Source: Oculina patagonica (Eukaryota). Taken from it: a stretch of 64,000 nucleotides of DNA. Both the position numbers and the translations under genes were made by a program. The stretch lies in the NCBI RefSeq assembly GCF_052425735.1, contig NC_135768.1, forward strand, positions 16,926,001 through 16,990,000, read 5' to 3'. Below, in pieces: positions 49,071 through 59,960 of the stretch (position 1 is the stretch's first letter; the number at the start of each line of letters is the position of its first letter). The notes under the pieces were generated by a model. It made no database searches. It had not been told where the DNA came from and saw nothing but the letters and a program-made list of their open reading frames with translations.

Positions 49071-50354
49071 ATTGCCACTATCTTTCTGCAAACAAGCGAA
49101 TGAGACGTGTAAAATCTATCTTCAACAGTGGAGCTTGTGATCATAACATGCTCGATGTATGATGTATGTATTCAGTCTAGCTGAACGACATTAGCATTTT
49201 TATTCGAAATGGAATCTTTAAAACAATACCAAATTTAATACCAGCGCCGGAAATTAATTGGTATTGGTAGTATTAAAAGGATAAATTAAATGGAAGAAGG
49301 TAGGAGCTTTTAATTTTTATTGTCAGTCCAGATGCATTTATAAGTTACAGAAGGTCTTTTCATCTTTTGCCGTAAATTAAAAAAAATATCATCAAAAAGG
49401 AGAAAGGAATAAAAGACAAAACAAAACAAAACACAAAACAATACGCTGCATATATTTATCTAGTTTTTCACGAGTAATGCAAAGCTGTTTTCATAACAGT
49501 TGTTGGGTACTTATCCTATTTTGTATTACTATATAGTGTCATGGTTTCAAAGATGTCAAGAGAGTCAGGTCTTGGAATGTGGTTGGAAATTTGATTGAGG
49601 AAGACAATATATTCTGATTTTGTACAGGATATGCGTTGCCTAGATCAAAGCCATAATTTATCCGTTTGAACCAGAAACAGTGTTTTTGTTAATCAAAGAT
49701 ACGCTGATTTAATAAAATAGCAGGCCCAGTATTGATTATACAGTCCAGCATTAATGGGTGTTCCCGTCAGGAAAAAGTCATCCCAAACGTCATGTTTTTT
49801 AGTGATTGCAACTTTACTCCAAACAGACATTTACTACTTAAAAGCAATATATATTTAAATTTATATTAGCAATTCCGGTAACAATGTTAAATACATAAAT
49901 TCGATCAAGCAATCCATTAGTAAAGTAAGGCATGTCGCGACTGATCTTTGCTAGAACACTGCCACTGTTCATTCACCTGTCGCTTCTTTTTGTAGTCCCT
50001 CTTATTTTCTAACAATAAATATGCATTGGCAATCTTCCTAAATATTTTACAGAAGAAACGCGATATTCTTTACTTTTCAAATCAAGCGTTTTTTCTTATC
50101 TTACAGTTATCAATGTATAAAATTTACAGAAGTAGACAAAACTTTGAATCTGGCGTTCATCTCAAAAAAAATTTCTATCACAACAGACCTGTGCTTCGCA
50201 AAACGCCCACAAAACGTTATATCATATGCATGGTGATATAAATTACAGGTGAATAGCATAAATAGCAAAATAGTTCCTCACTGGAATTTACGTTTAACGG
50301 TAGGTAACGTTCAACATTTGGCTGCTTTAATTTCAACATTCGGCTGCTTTAATT

Positions 50355-51272
50355 TCAGTCCTGGCCTTTCTGTGTACATGTCATCCGTCTTGCTGTCTTC
50401 ATAACTACCGTTCGGAGCTCGCCAAGACGCCAGCAGTACAATATTGGATTGACAGAGGAGTTCATAAACATAACCGTTGAAGCAAACTTCCATTCTGTTT
50501 TCCATCTCTTGACTGATGCTCCGGAGAAAGTCAATAAAACATAGATTGGAAAATAACATGAAATTAAAACAATATAAAACATGAAAGTGTTTATTGCACT
50601 TCTTCTTAATCGCGCGATGTTTAAGTAATTGCCGAGATTTGAGCCTTGCACTGCCTGTTGTTGAGCAAGAATCTGTGACTGATGCTGACGAACTACTAAA
50701 GAAATTCTAACGTAACAAAAGGTGGAAACTATAAGACAAATTGCAATGATAACCGCGTGTATCAGGAATAGTGCACGCTCTTTCCAAAAGCTTAAACTTG
50801 ACAAAGCGACCATTATCAGCCAAATCATCACGACAAGACACTGGACACGGGATTTAGTAACCAAAGTAGCATATCTCATGTGAAAGTGAAGGGCCATAAA
50901 TCGATCTAAAGTGATGGCTGTTATTGTACCTAGAGAAACTCCACAAAGCGAGACCATTGTCATCTGCGAAAGACTGGCTACGCTCACATTGCTCTTTTCG
51001 GCAAGTTCTTTGAAAATAAAGAGCGGTTGAGCTATAACACCAACAAGAAGATCTGAAGCAGCAAGACTGCTGAGCATAATCATCGAATTTGAGCGAATGG
51101 AAGGAGTTCGTTTTATGGTGGCCAATATCAAAGCGTTGCCCAGAATGGATATGAGCATCAATGGAGCGTTTAAAACACAGTTTATGATGACAGGTGCATC
51201 AATACTGGCGTGGTCTTCAAAATTTGAGCCATAATCTAAATTGCCCTTGCCTTCACTGCTGTGGTTCGTCAT
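50355..51272 (-). CDS. Intronless class A GPCR, 305 aa (R14)
   Basis: 7TM; DRFMALHFHMRY, NSSVNPILYCWR. Confidence 0.95.
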   Translation of the reverse strand: MTNHSSEGKGNLDYGSNFEDHASIDAPVIINCVLNAPLMLISILGNALILATIKRTPSIRSNSMIMLSSLAASDLLVGVIAQPLFIFKELAEKSNVSVASLSQMTMVSLCGVSLGTITAITLDRFMALHFHMRYATLVTKSRVQCLVVMIWLIMVALSSLSFWKERALFLIHAVIIAICLIVSTFCYVRISLVVRQHQSQILAQQQAVQGSNLGNYLNIARLRRSAINTFMFYIVLISCYFPIYVLLTFSGASVKRWKTEWKFASTVMFMNSSVNPILYCWRLGELRTVVMKTARRMTCTQKGQD

Positions 51273-51944
51273 ATTGTTATCATCCTGTCATGAGCAAATC
51301 AGAAGTTGTAAGATTGTTGCGGACGACGGTTCTAGTTCATGACATCCCACTTTGCAAACCCACTTTACGGTTATTGCCTAACACTGTCATTGCTCGTATT
51401 TACATTACCTACTGAAGTTTTTGAATAAATTTCGCTTTTACTTCACATTATGTACTTCAGTCAAATGACACTAATGGCATCAGTAGAAAGTCATTCCAGC
51501 TTGAACCGCAGCCACATCGTTCGCGTGGTTTTCTAAAACCACAATAAGAAGAACATTCGTTGCTTTGGAGAATTTCGATTAAAAAAATGTAGTGACATTG
51601 TGCTTAAATTTAAGCACAATAAATGTGTGCAGTTTGTATGCGCGTTCAAAGGTCAAACAATCGCCTGTTTGCATTAGTCCCCGAGAAAATTAACATCAGA
51701 ATGGGGGAAGAAAAATTAAAAAAAATCGGAAATACAAAAAACGCTGTTTTAGAAGTCAATACACATTCCATCGAATCGTGTTTGGTGTAATATCAGGTGG
51801 TTTTGCAGACTCAGCTTGTGTGGATATGGTTGTCATTTTCATCAAGAAACAAATTTTCTGATTTTCTTCAGATTATTCAAAATCCAATTCTGTTTCAACA
51901 CTTTTTTGCATGCCGTTTTTTTTTTCTGTTACGGCACAACAGGA

Positions 51945-52200
51945 ACAACAGAAACAGCAAGACTGCTGAGCATAATCATCGCGGAAGCTGAGCAAATGGA
52001 GGAATTTTTTCTCGTAAAAAAGCGTTGTCAAGAATGAACATGGGAATCAATGGTGCATTCAGAATGCAATTATCATGATGCCAGGTGTTTCGTTTTAAGT
52101 GTGTTCTTTTAAGTTCGAATAACATGTGGATTCGTTTTTACCATTTTTGGTGTTAGATTCATCTTGTTGTCACCATCACGTCAAGTGGAAACCAAACCTT
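51945..52200 (-). pseudogene. Heavily decayed GPCR 5' fragment (N-terminus to TM2; R15)
   Basis: GAAACAGCAAGACTGCTGAGCATAATCATC (rc of MIMLSSLAVS) and AAAGCGTTG...ATCAATGGTGCATTCAG (TM1) match the paralogs. Confidence 0.8.
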
Positions 52201-52262
52201 GTAACATTGGTTCGAACAGTGAAAACGTCCTTACAAGTTTATATTATCGCATCTTATGTTAT

Positions 52263-52392
52263 CGCACCCTGCGATGGACTAGCGTCCCATTCAGGGGGAC
52301 GTAGAAAAATTCCTAGTCGCTGAATGCTACGGAAACCGGGATAAAGCTCCGACAGTATGGGCCGCATGTCTCAAGGCTTCCCTTACTTACTT
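52263..52392 (+). mobile_element. 3' portion of a SINE (V-domain-like core) with short tail
   Basis: CCCTGCGATGGACTAGCGTCCCATTCAGGGGG...CCTAGTCGCT..ATGCTACGGAAACCGGGATAA...(CTTA)n; recalled cnidarian SINE family. Confidence 0.7.
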
Positions 52393-52599
52393 TGTGAATA
52401 GACAGGCAAGGGTATTGCCTAACCCCACCGGTGCTTGCTTTACATTTACACTTTTACATTTATGCTGCTCGTGACATTATCTATGCCCGTCAAAAACGCT
52501 GTGACATCCTTAGAAACCGTTCATTTCCTGAGCATTCATAAGAAGAACACTAATTAATTTCAATGACTTTTATTAAAAGTAATATAAGTAGTACAAATT

Positions 52600-53165
52600 G
52601 CTTCTTAATTGTAACTGCAATTATTTATGGCAATACGCAGTATGCTCAGAAGAGTCGATGGGCATTAATCCTGTTTATTACACGACTAAGGCGGTCCGAG
52701 GGCCAATAACTAAATCAGCCAATCAGATTACTTTATTTCCGGTCCCGCGAGGGCCGATATTTTCCAAGTATCGGACCGGATTTTGTCCCGGATGATCCCG
52801 CGCTAATTGATGCGCGATTTAGCGCAAGATTTTTGCTAGATTTTTTTTGCAAGAGTTTTTCGAAGTTTTTATTGCTTTGAAAATGAAATGAACTCTAACA
52901 CAGAAATAATTATAACTCTTTTAGCGCGAGTAAAAGTTTTGCCGCACATTGTTTTCCACAACATCTACCGGGTAGCAATTCTCACTACCCAAAGTTTCCA
53001 GTTGTGTAATAAATCTCTTATTAACCAAGCTTGCTCGGGACCGTACTGGGCGATTATTGGCCCTCGGTCTTTTTGTACGGACCTCGCTGCGCTCGATCCG
53101 TACTGTCAAGACCTCGGGCCAATATTCGCCCAGTACGGCCCTCGCGCGTGGTTAATAAGATATAT
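52600..53165. mobile_element. Non-autonomous Crypton-like element with a terminal ~140-bp hairpin
   Basis: Hairpin 53018-53158: TTATTAACCAAGC..CCGTACTGGGCGA.TATTGGCCC / GGGCCAATATTCGCCCAGTACGG..GTGGTTAATAA; the left boundary is approximate. Confidence 0.6.
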
Positions 53166-54416
53166 TTCGCACCCAAAATATAGAACTGGTTGGCATTTTG
53201 ATCAAGATACACTGTGCCTCTAAAATTGTGCAGGGAAAGCGTTTCCTTGTTTGGAGGCACCTCAACCGCTACAACCGTAAAAATGAAAACTACAATGATT
53301 AAAAAGCGGACCATTTGGTCGAGTGTTAATAAGTGTTCCTGTCGAAAACATTGTCAACTCAAACGAGATCTTTTATTGCCTTTTCCATTTTAATCTAAAC
53401 CGCCAAAGAAGTTTCATAAAAGTAATATTTGAAGTTGTCTCATCTTAAGAATGTTATGTAATTACTAGCAAAATAATTAAGAAAACTGTACCCTCGTGTC
53501 TCGTAAGTGCTGTGTCATCGTTTCCATGCTCAATTCATGAATTTTTAATTTATTAACCAAGAAAATTAAATATTCTTTCCCTGTTTTCCCTTTGCTAAAA
53601 TTTAAAACAACACCATACAAATAGTGATTTCAGTTTGTCACGTTTTAGTTACGGTTTAACAGAACTGGATTTTTGAAGCTGTAAACAATCATATAAATTA
53701 ATGCCGACATTGATACCATTTTGCACAACTGCAGTTCTCCTGCCTACAGGACGTGAAACGATTATAGGAAATGACGGCGACAAACAATACTCAGGATCAT
53801 TCGAAAACGCATAAAATATAATCCAGATAAACTGTGCGGTTTGTTGTTTATTCCGTTTTACAATGTGGCACAAGTAGCCATTCTGCGCATGAAAACCGCA
53901 AAAACGTTCCTTTCCTTACAAAATAAAAATAGATCTCAAGGCAGCAATGAGAAAAGAAACTATACATTGTACTGTGTTAATGTTTTCGTTTTTTTTATCT
54001 GCCACACAAAGAGCATTCGATTTTCGCCAGTGTGCTTCACCAGTGTTATCAGAGTACAAGTACAGGAATGATGCCAATTCGCGCGCAACACATGACGTCG
54101 GAACAATTAAACCTTGCTTGATTATGGCTGGGCATCCTTGAACACACCAGGATGAAGTATGCTCTCACTTTCAATGATCTGTTCCATCAGTTGAAAGACA
54201 GTCGATAACATAGCTGCATGAGTTCCACAATGTCAACTCCATCCTCCATAACGTGATTTCTCCCAAAATTTTGCCTCGCGAGGAATTGCACGACCATTGG
54301 GAACTTTCTGTTGCTGACTTCATGAATGACCTTGGTGGATCCTCGGCTTACACCATCTTTATCATCAAGCAAAATAGACCGTTCTTTTGTGAGTAATCGG
54401 ATACGTTGTCTTTTAA

Positions 54417-54580
54417 AGGAGCTAGGTCACGGGGACTTCGCAGATTTTTGGTCTTAACTGTTCTGAAAATACAGGTAGACAACTTAAGCCGTGAAAAACA
54501 TTATCTCTGGACATCTAAAGAAAGACATAATCTTAATTTTGGCTGTTCAAAAATCTGGTAAAAACCGTGACATAGTCCCT
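54417..54580. mobile_element. Kolobok-type MITE (TTAA TSD)
   Basis: TTAA-AGGAGCTAGGTCACGG ... CCGTGACATAGTCCCT-TTAA, about 50 bp downstream of the R16 stop. Confidence 0.8.
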
Positions 54581-54631
54581 TTAAAAATATCTTACTATGT
54601 AAATTAGAATCCATTCTAAGTAGTTCAGTAT

Positions 54632-55543
54632 TTATTCTTGCTCGCTTTGTTTGCATAACATTTTTCTCGATGTCTTCACAGCTGCTCTTCGAAGCTCACG
54701 TAAACGCCAGCAGTACAAAAATGGATTGATGGAAGAGTTTGTAAACACCAAGGTCGTAGCAAAGTTCCACTCAGCTGGCCAGGGCTTGTGCGAGATTCCA
54801 TGAAGCGTCAGCAAAATGTACAGTGGAAGAAAGCATATTACCAAAATTATATAAAAAATGAAAGTGTTTATCGCACTCTTTTTCATTCGCAATATATTTA
54901 TGTCATTTTCAGCACTTGACCATTGCACTACTTGTTGTTGAGCATGAATTTGGAACTGATGTCGACGAACAATGCGATAAATTAAGATGTAAGAAAATGT
55001 GGAAATCACAAGACAGATTCCTGTAATAACAGCTATGATAAAGTGATATACAAAATCATTCAAAAAATAAAACACCGATGAGAAGAAGTTTATACACCAA
55101 ATTATAACCATCGTATATTTGACACGAGATATAGTGACTATATTAGCATATCTCATGTGATAGTGAAGAGCCAAAAATCGATCCACACTTACGGCTGTTA
55201 TTATCAACAGGGAAACTCCACAAAACGAATAAGCCAATGTATCCCATAGAATGTCTAAAACACGGTTTTCTGTGAGTTCCTTAACAATATAAAGCGGTTG
55301 AGTAATGAGACCAACAAGGAAGTCAGAAACAGCGAGACTGCAGAGCATAATCATTGAAGTTGAGCGAATGGAAGGAGTCCTGATTATGGCGGCCAATACC
55401 AAAGCGTTGCCAAAAATGGCCATGAGTATCAATGGAGCATTGAGGATACAGTTTATGATGACAATAGTCTCATGGGTAGCAAGGTCGTCAGCGTTTTGAT
55501 GGTCGTCGCTCTTATTAAGTGTCATGTTACTCATTTCACTCAT
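54632..55543 (-). CDS. Intronless class A GPCR, 303 aa (R16)
   Basis: 7TM; DRFLALHYHMRY, CFLP, NSSINPFLYCWR. Confidence 0.96.
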   Translation of the reverse strand: MSEMSNMTLNKSDDHQNADDLATHETIVIINCILNAPLILMAIFGNALVLAAIIRTPSIRSTSMIMLCSLAVSDFLVGLITQPLYIVKELTENRVLDILWDTLAYSFCGVSLLIITAVSVDRFLALHYHMRYANIVTISRVKYTMVIIWCINFFSSVFYFLNDFVYHFIIAVITGICLVISTFSYILIYRIVRRHQFQIHAQQQVVQWSSAENDINILRMKKSAINTFIFYIILVICFLPLYILLTLHGISHKPWPAEWNFATTLVFTNSSINPFLYCWRLRELRRAAVKTSRKMLCKQSEQE

Positions 55544-56121
55544 GACTGATCGTCAGCGTTAAGGTCAGAAGCGAGGGATTATCTTTCTTTTCTGCAGTGA
55601 CAGTACGGTGGAGAGGCCGATAGATCTTATAACAAATTTCACAAAATAAACTGAGTTATATTTATTTTCCTACGCAGCTGGTTCCCAGATTGTTTGCAAT
55701 TATTATTTATGCAAAACGTGACAATTTCATGCACTCCAGGGTGAATGTAGGAGTCGTTATACAAAAGACTACGCACTACGAACCTAATAAAAATTCAAGC
55801 CAAAGGTTAGAAACATTTTTTTTTTAATTTTCGGGTTAAAAGTAAAGGTTTTTTTTTCTTTTCGCGCGAATACAGGTGCACATGTCAGTCAAATATATAT
55901 TAATTAAACTGACCATCGACATTTTGAAATCGTATCCTACCAATTTACATAACACGGCTTACAGTGATATTGCTTTAAGGAGAATAACCATTCACGAAAA
56001 TTAGTTCTTTTCCTTTTTGAACAATTTTCAAACGCTCATTTCTTTTTTTTTTTTTTTTTTAACACTCTTCTGCTGTAATTTCGTTTGAATTTTTAATAAA
56101 AGAAACCCTTTGGTCATTCTA

Positions 56122-56652
56122 GTGACTTAGAGCCATTGTTTTACTAAAGAAATTGAGACTTTATTTTAAACTTGACCTAAAACAAAACCAATTAACGGAA
56201 AGTTCAAACGCAAGGAGATAGGGCACATAATCTACTGTTAATAGATTTTCTTGTCAAGATAAACATGCCAGCTTATGTTAATCTATTGTAAAAGTTAATT
56301 TTTAACAAATTCTGAAAACAAGAAGGTTATATTTCGAGAAAGTATGTAAGGGAGTTTGAAATCAGCGACGACTAAATGTTTTCTGCACCGTACTTAGACT
56401 CATTGTTTTATTGAAGAAATCTAAGCTTTATTTTAAACGTGACTAAAAAACTTGACAATTAACGGAAACGCAAGTAGAGCACGCAAACCCTAATTGATTT
56501 TTTTGTCAATATCTTAATATGTCAGCTCACATTACCTTTTTTGGAAAGTTAATTTTTTTCTGGAAACAAACAAATTATGATTTCACGAAAGCAATATGTT
56601 AATCTATGCAAGGCAGTTCGGAATCAGCGGCAGAAAATCGTTTATGCACTTT
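56122..56652 (+). repeat. Diverged 2 x ~265-bp tandem duplication
   Basis: ACTTAGA..CATTGTTTTA...CTTTATTTTAAAC...CAATTAACGGAAA...AATCAGCG occurs twice. Confidence 0.85.
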
Positions 56653-56676
56653 ACACCAAACAAGGCTATTGGGCTG

Positions 56677-57296
56677 TGAAGGCTATAGAACTTTGTAAAT
56701 AAATATTTAACTCTTTTAATTTCGTAATCTACCGCGAACGCAAAGTCGTACAATTTCTTAAATTTCCGGGTTTGTCTTCAATTTTGAAGTTGAGTCAATT
56801 TAAATTCGTGAGCCAAGCCACGCACACTCTGAAATATTGCGACAAATATATATTTTTTTCTTTTTGCTACTGGAATATATTTATTGAAACCAGAATGGTT
56901 CAGAAAATATTGACAAAATGTTTTTATGTTAGCCTTAGAATAATTAGAAAATAAAATTGTAGTTTTGTACTTGAAGGCTATAGAACTTTGTAAATAATTA
57001 TATTCGTTGTCAAATTTCAAATCCACCGTGAACGCAAAAACTTATACATTTTCTTAAATTTCCACATTTGCCTTCTACTGAGCTTTTAGAATAGATGTTG
57101 GCAACATTTTCGGTAATTTTAATATATAATGATAGTTCGTATTTACTAAATATAGATCGAGTTAGTTTAGATTCGTGAGCCTAGTCACGCACGCTCGATG
57201 GTGTCAAAATGATTTTTCTGTTTTTATTCTAAAAACAAGAACATTTCAGAAAATATTGAAAAAAAATATTCTGTTGGGCTTAGAATAATTAGAAAA
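56677..57296 (+). repeat. Diverged 2 x ~295-bp tandem duplication
   Basis: TGAAGGCTATAGAACTTTGTAAATAA at 56677 and 56972; both copies end CTTAGAATAATTAGAAAA. Confidence 0.88.
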
Positions 57297-57667
57297 GAAC
57301 ACCGGTGAATCTTTTGTGTCGTTTGCTGTTAACTGACGAAGTGAGCTCTGATCTCCCTTGGCGCATTCGTGCCCAAGGACAATATCTCGTTAAAACCATG
57401 TTCCAGCTTGTCTCAGTGTTTATCTATTTGTTTTTGGGTATTGCTGTTATTCGCTATACATTCATGAAGGAATATTTTAACAGAATTAAAAACAAAATAG
57501 GAAAAACGATAGAATACTTAAACAATTTGGCATTTTAGAAACATTAAGCGGTGCTTTCTTTGGCGAAAGAAGAAACATGACGAAGGGTTGAAAATTTGGG
57601 TAAACTAAAACGTTAGTTGCGTAGGAAAGCAATTCTGGCAAATAGCTAGAGAAGCGACAAGACTGCT

Positions 57668-57880
57668 TAAAGGTGCTGACACACGGGGGGAGCCTGCAGG
57701 GACATGTCGTAGCGACTTGTAGCGTGGACGAAATCACACCATGTACACAAAGAAGGCTATGTAGCTGGGACATGCTGCAGCGACACGTGTCCATTGTCGA
57801 AGAAAGCCGTGATTTCTTCACTGTTGCATGTCGCTGTGACACAACCCTTCAACATGTCCTTTCGAGTATCAGTGAATTGC
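57668..57880. mobile_element. Degenerate MITE with GGACATG/GCGAC repeats
   Basis: Starts TTAAAGGTGCTGACACACG; repeated GGGACATG, GCGAC and CATGTC motifs. Confidence 0.5.
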
Positions 57881-58149
57881 AAAATGTCAATTAATAAATG
57901 AATTAAGGATAATCATTTGTTTTCTATATTTGGGACAAAGTGTAGCTTTTCCATTTGTGGCAGCGGCGTAATTGGTTTTCTCCGTTAGTTTTTGTCATCT
58001 TTTGCAGTAATTTTAGTTATTTGGTTTTAAAATTATGCCCGGAAACAAGAAAAGAGGAATTCTACACATATCTGAATTCCCATAGCACTGTAACCCTGAT
58101 GAGGATTGAAAATCGTTGCAACAACCTTGCGCCTTCAATTTCCACATGG

Positions 58150-58233
58150 CTGAAACATGGTAACCTTCGCGCGATGTTGCCTTGTACTTTGGACTTGACT
58201 ATAAGCATGGACATTGAATCAAACCCTGGACCA
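58150..58233 (+). other. 2A-like (StopGo) peptide motif, probably a LINE ORF relic
   Basis: ...LPCTLDLTISM-DIESNPGP, an exact D(V/I)ExNPGP consensus at 58210-58233. Confidence 0.7.
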
Positions 58234-58914
58234 GCCCGTTCCAATGTGCCATATATAGAGAAGTGGTGTTTGAGAAGATGGTCGAATCTTAGGTCTCATC
58301 TTCATCGACTCGGATGGTATGTGGTGGCTATGACCGCGGTAAACACGCATCTTTTGTGATGGAAACCACTATTTCTACTACTCCCGTCTACTTTTCTAAC
58401 AAATTGTACCCACAAAACTTAGCTCGGGGTGGCGAAACCGATGTTTTTCGAAAACTTCGTTAACACTAATTAATGTTGTCCGACGTTTCCATTTTGCTAA
58501 CATCATCACCAAGGCAAAAAGTGATGACAGTTTTATCGTAGTGTGAATATAAATGAGTGGAAACAGTGTAATAGACATTTTTCTTTTGTGTTCCTGTAAG
58601 CATGGACATTGAATCAACTTCGTTAACAGCGTGTTTTTTATGCCAATTCTTTTATACTCCGCTGCTTAATGAGAATAGGGAAGAAAAGGAGGCACTGTTC
58701 TTACTCGTAACGATTTATATTGGGAATTCGTAAGCGTTACTAAGCTACCAAACAACTTTCGCACTTGAAAATGTTCAGTTGTATGTGACATGTCACACGA
58801 CATGACGAAATGTGGGGTCGATAGTACTAGTCATCTGCGTTAAAATTTAACACCATGCGCATTGTCACTGTGGGTCACCAATCAGCAGATAGTTCGAACA
58901 GGCATGCGTAAATG

Positions 58915-59071
58915 CGTACGGGTTATAGTTTCATCCACGCCTCGAATACGCCAACTATACAAACATGTATTGATGGACGAGTTCATATAATCAACAGTGA
59001 CAGCAAAGTGCCACACATTACCATTCCTTGAATGATAGTTCAAAAATAGTCATCAGTAAAACGCATATTGG
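58915..59071 (-). pseudogene. Decayed GPCR TM6-TM7-helix 8 remnant (R18) abutting the R17 stop
   Basis: PICVLLMTIFELSFKEW / NVWHFAVTVDYMNSSINTCLYSWRIRG, with one frameshift. Confidence 0.8.
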
Positions 59072-59960
59072 TTAATTATCTTGAGTATTTTTACATAACA
59101 TTTGCCTAACTGTCTGCACAACTGTCATTCGAAGCTCTTTTAGACGCCAACAATAGAGAATTGGATTGACAGATGAGTTCATGAATACAACAGTGTCTGC
59201 AAAGTTCCACACGTTTGTCCAATTCTTGTGTGAAATGGTATACAGGCACAACGAAACAAGCCTTGGAAAATAACACAGAATAATAAACATATAAAATATG
59301 AAAGTGTTAATAGCACTTCTCTTCAATCGTGCAATGTACAAAACATTTGCAGCAGCCGGACCTTGCACAGCTTGTTGTTGAACATGAATCTGAACATGAT
59401 GTTGATGAACAATTCGAAAGATTCGAAAATAAGAAAACGAGGACACCACGAAACATATGCCAATACTAACAAATGAGATAACAAAATAGTTAATCCTATT
59501 CCAGAAGTAAAGACTCGATGTCAGAGAAGCCATAAGCCACATTATTGCGACGGTATAAATGGCACGAGGAATGGTTACCATGGTAACATATCGCATGTGG
59601 TAATGAAGGGCAGCAAATCGATCCATGCTGATGACCGTCATGGTGAAAAGAGAAACTCCACACAAAATAAATCCCATAATTTCACAAATAAGAAATACAG
59701 ATAATTCGTCTGTCAGTTCTTTAGCATATAAAGCGGTTGTACAACGAGCCCAACAAGAAGATCTGAGACAGCCAAACTGCAGAGAAAAATCATGGACGGT
59801 GAACGAAGCGAAGGAGTTCGCAATATGGCGGCTAGCACCAGAGTGTTGCCAATAATGGATATGAGCATCAATGGAGCATTCAGGACACAGTTTATATGAT
59901 GACGGTACTTTCGTGACTGTCTTGATTCGATTCGTTCCTTGTTCCGTTAGTGAGATCCAT
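59072..59960 (-). pseudogene. Full-length GPCR with +2 and -1 frameshifts (R17)
   Basis: True start MDLTNGTRNESNQDSHESTVII at 59960 hits TAA because of an extra TA at ~59895. TM1-TM2 (NCVLNAPLMLISIIGNTLV..LAVSDLLVG..QPLY) lie in another frame until a 1-nt deletion at ~59726. Confidence 0.88.
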
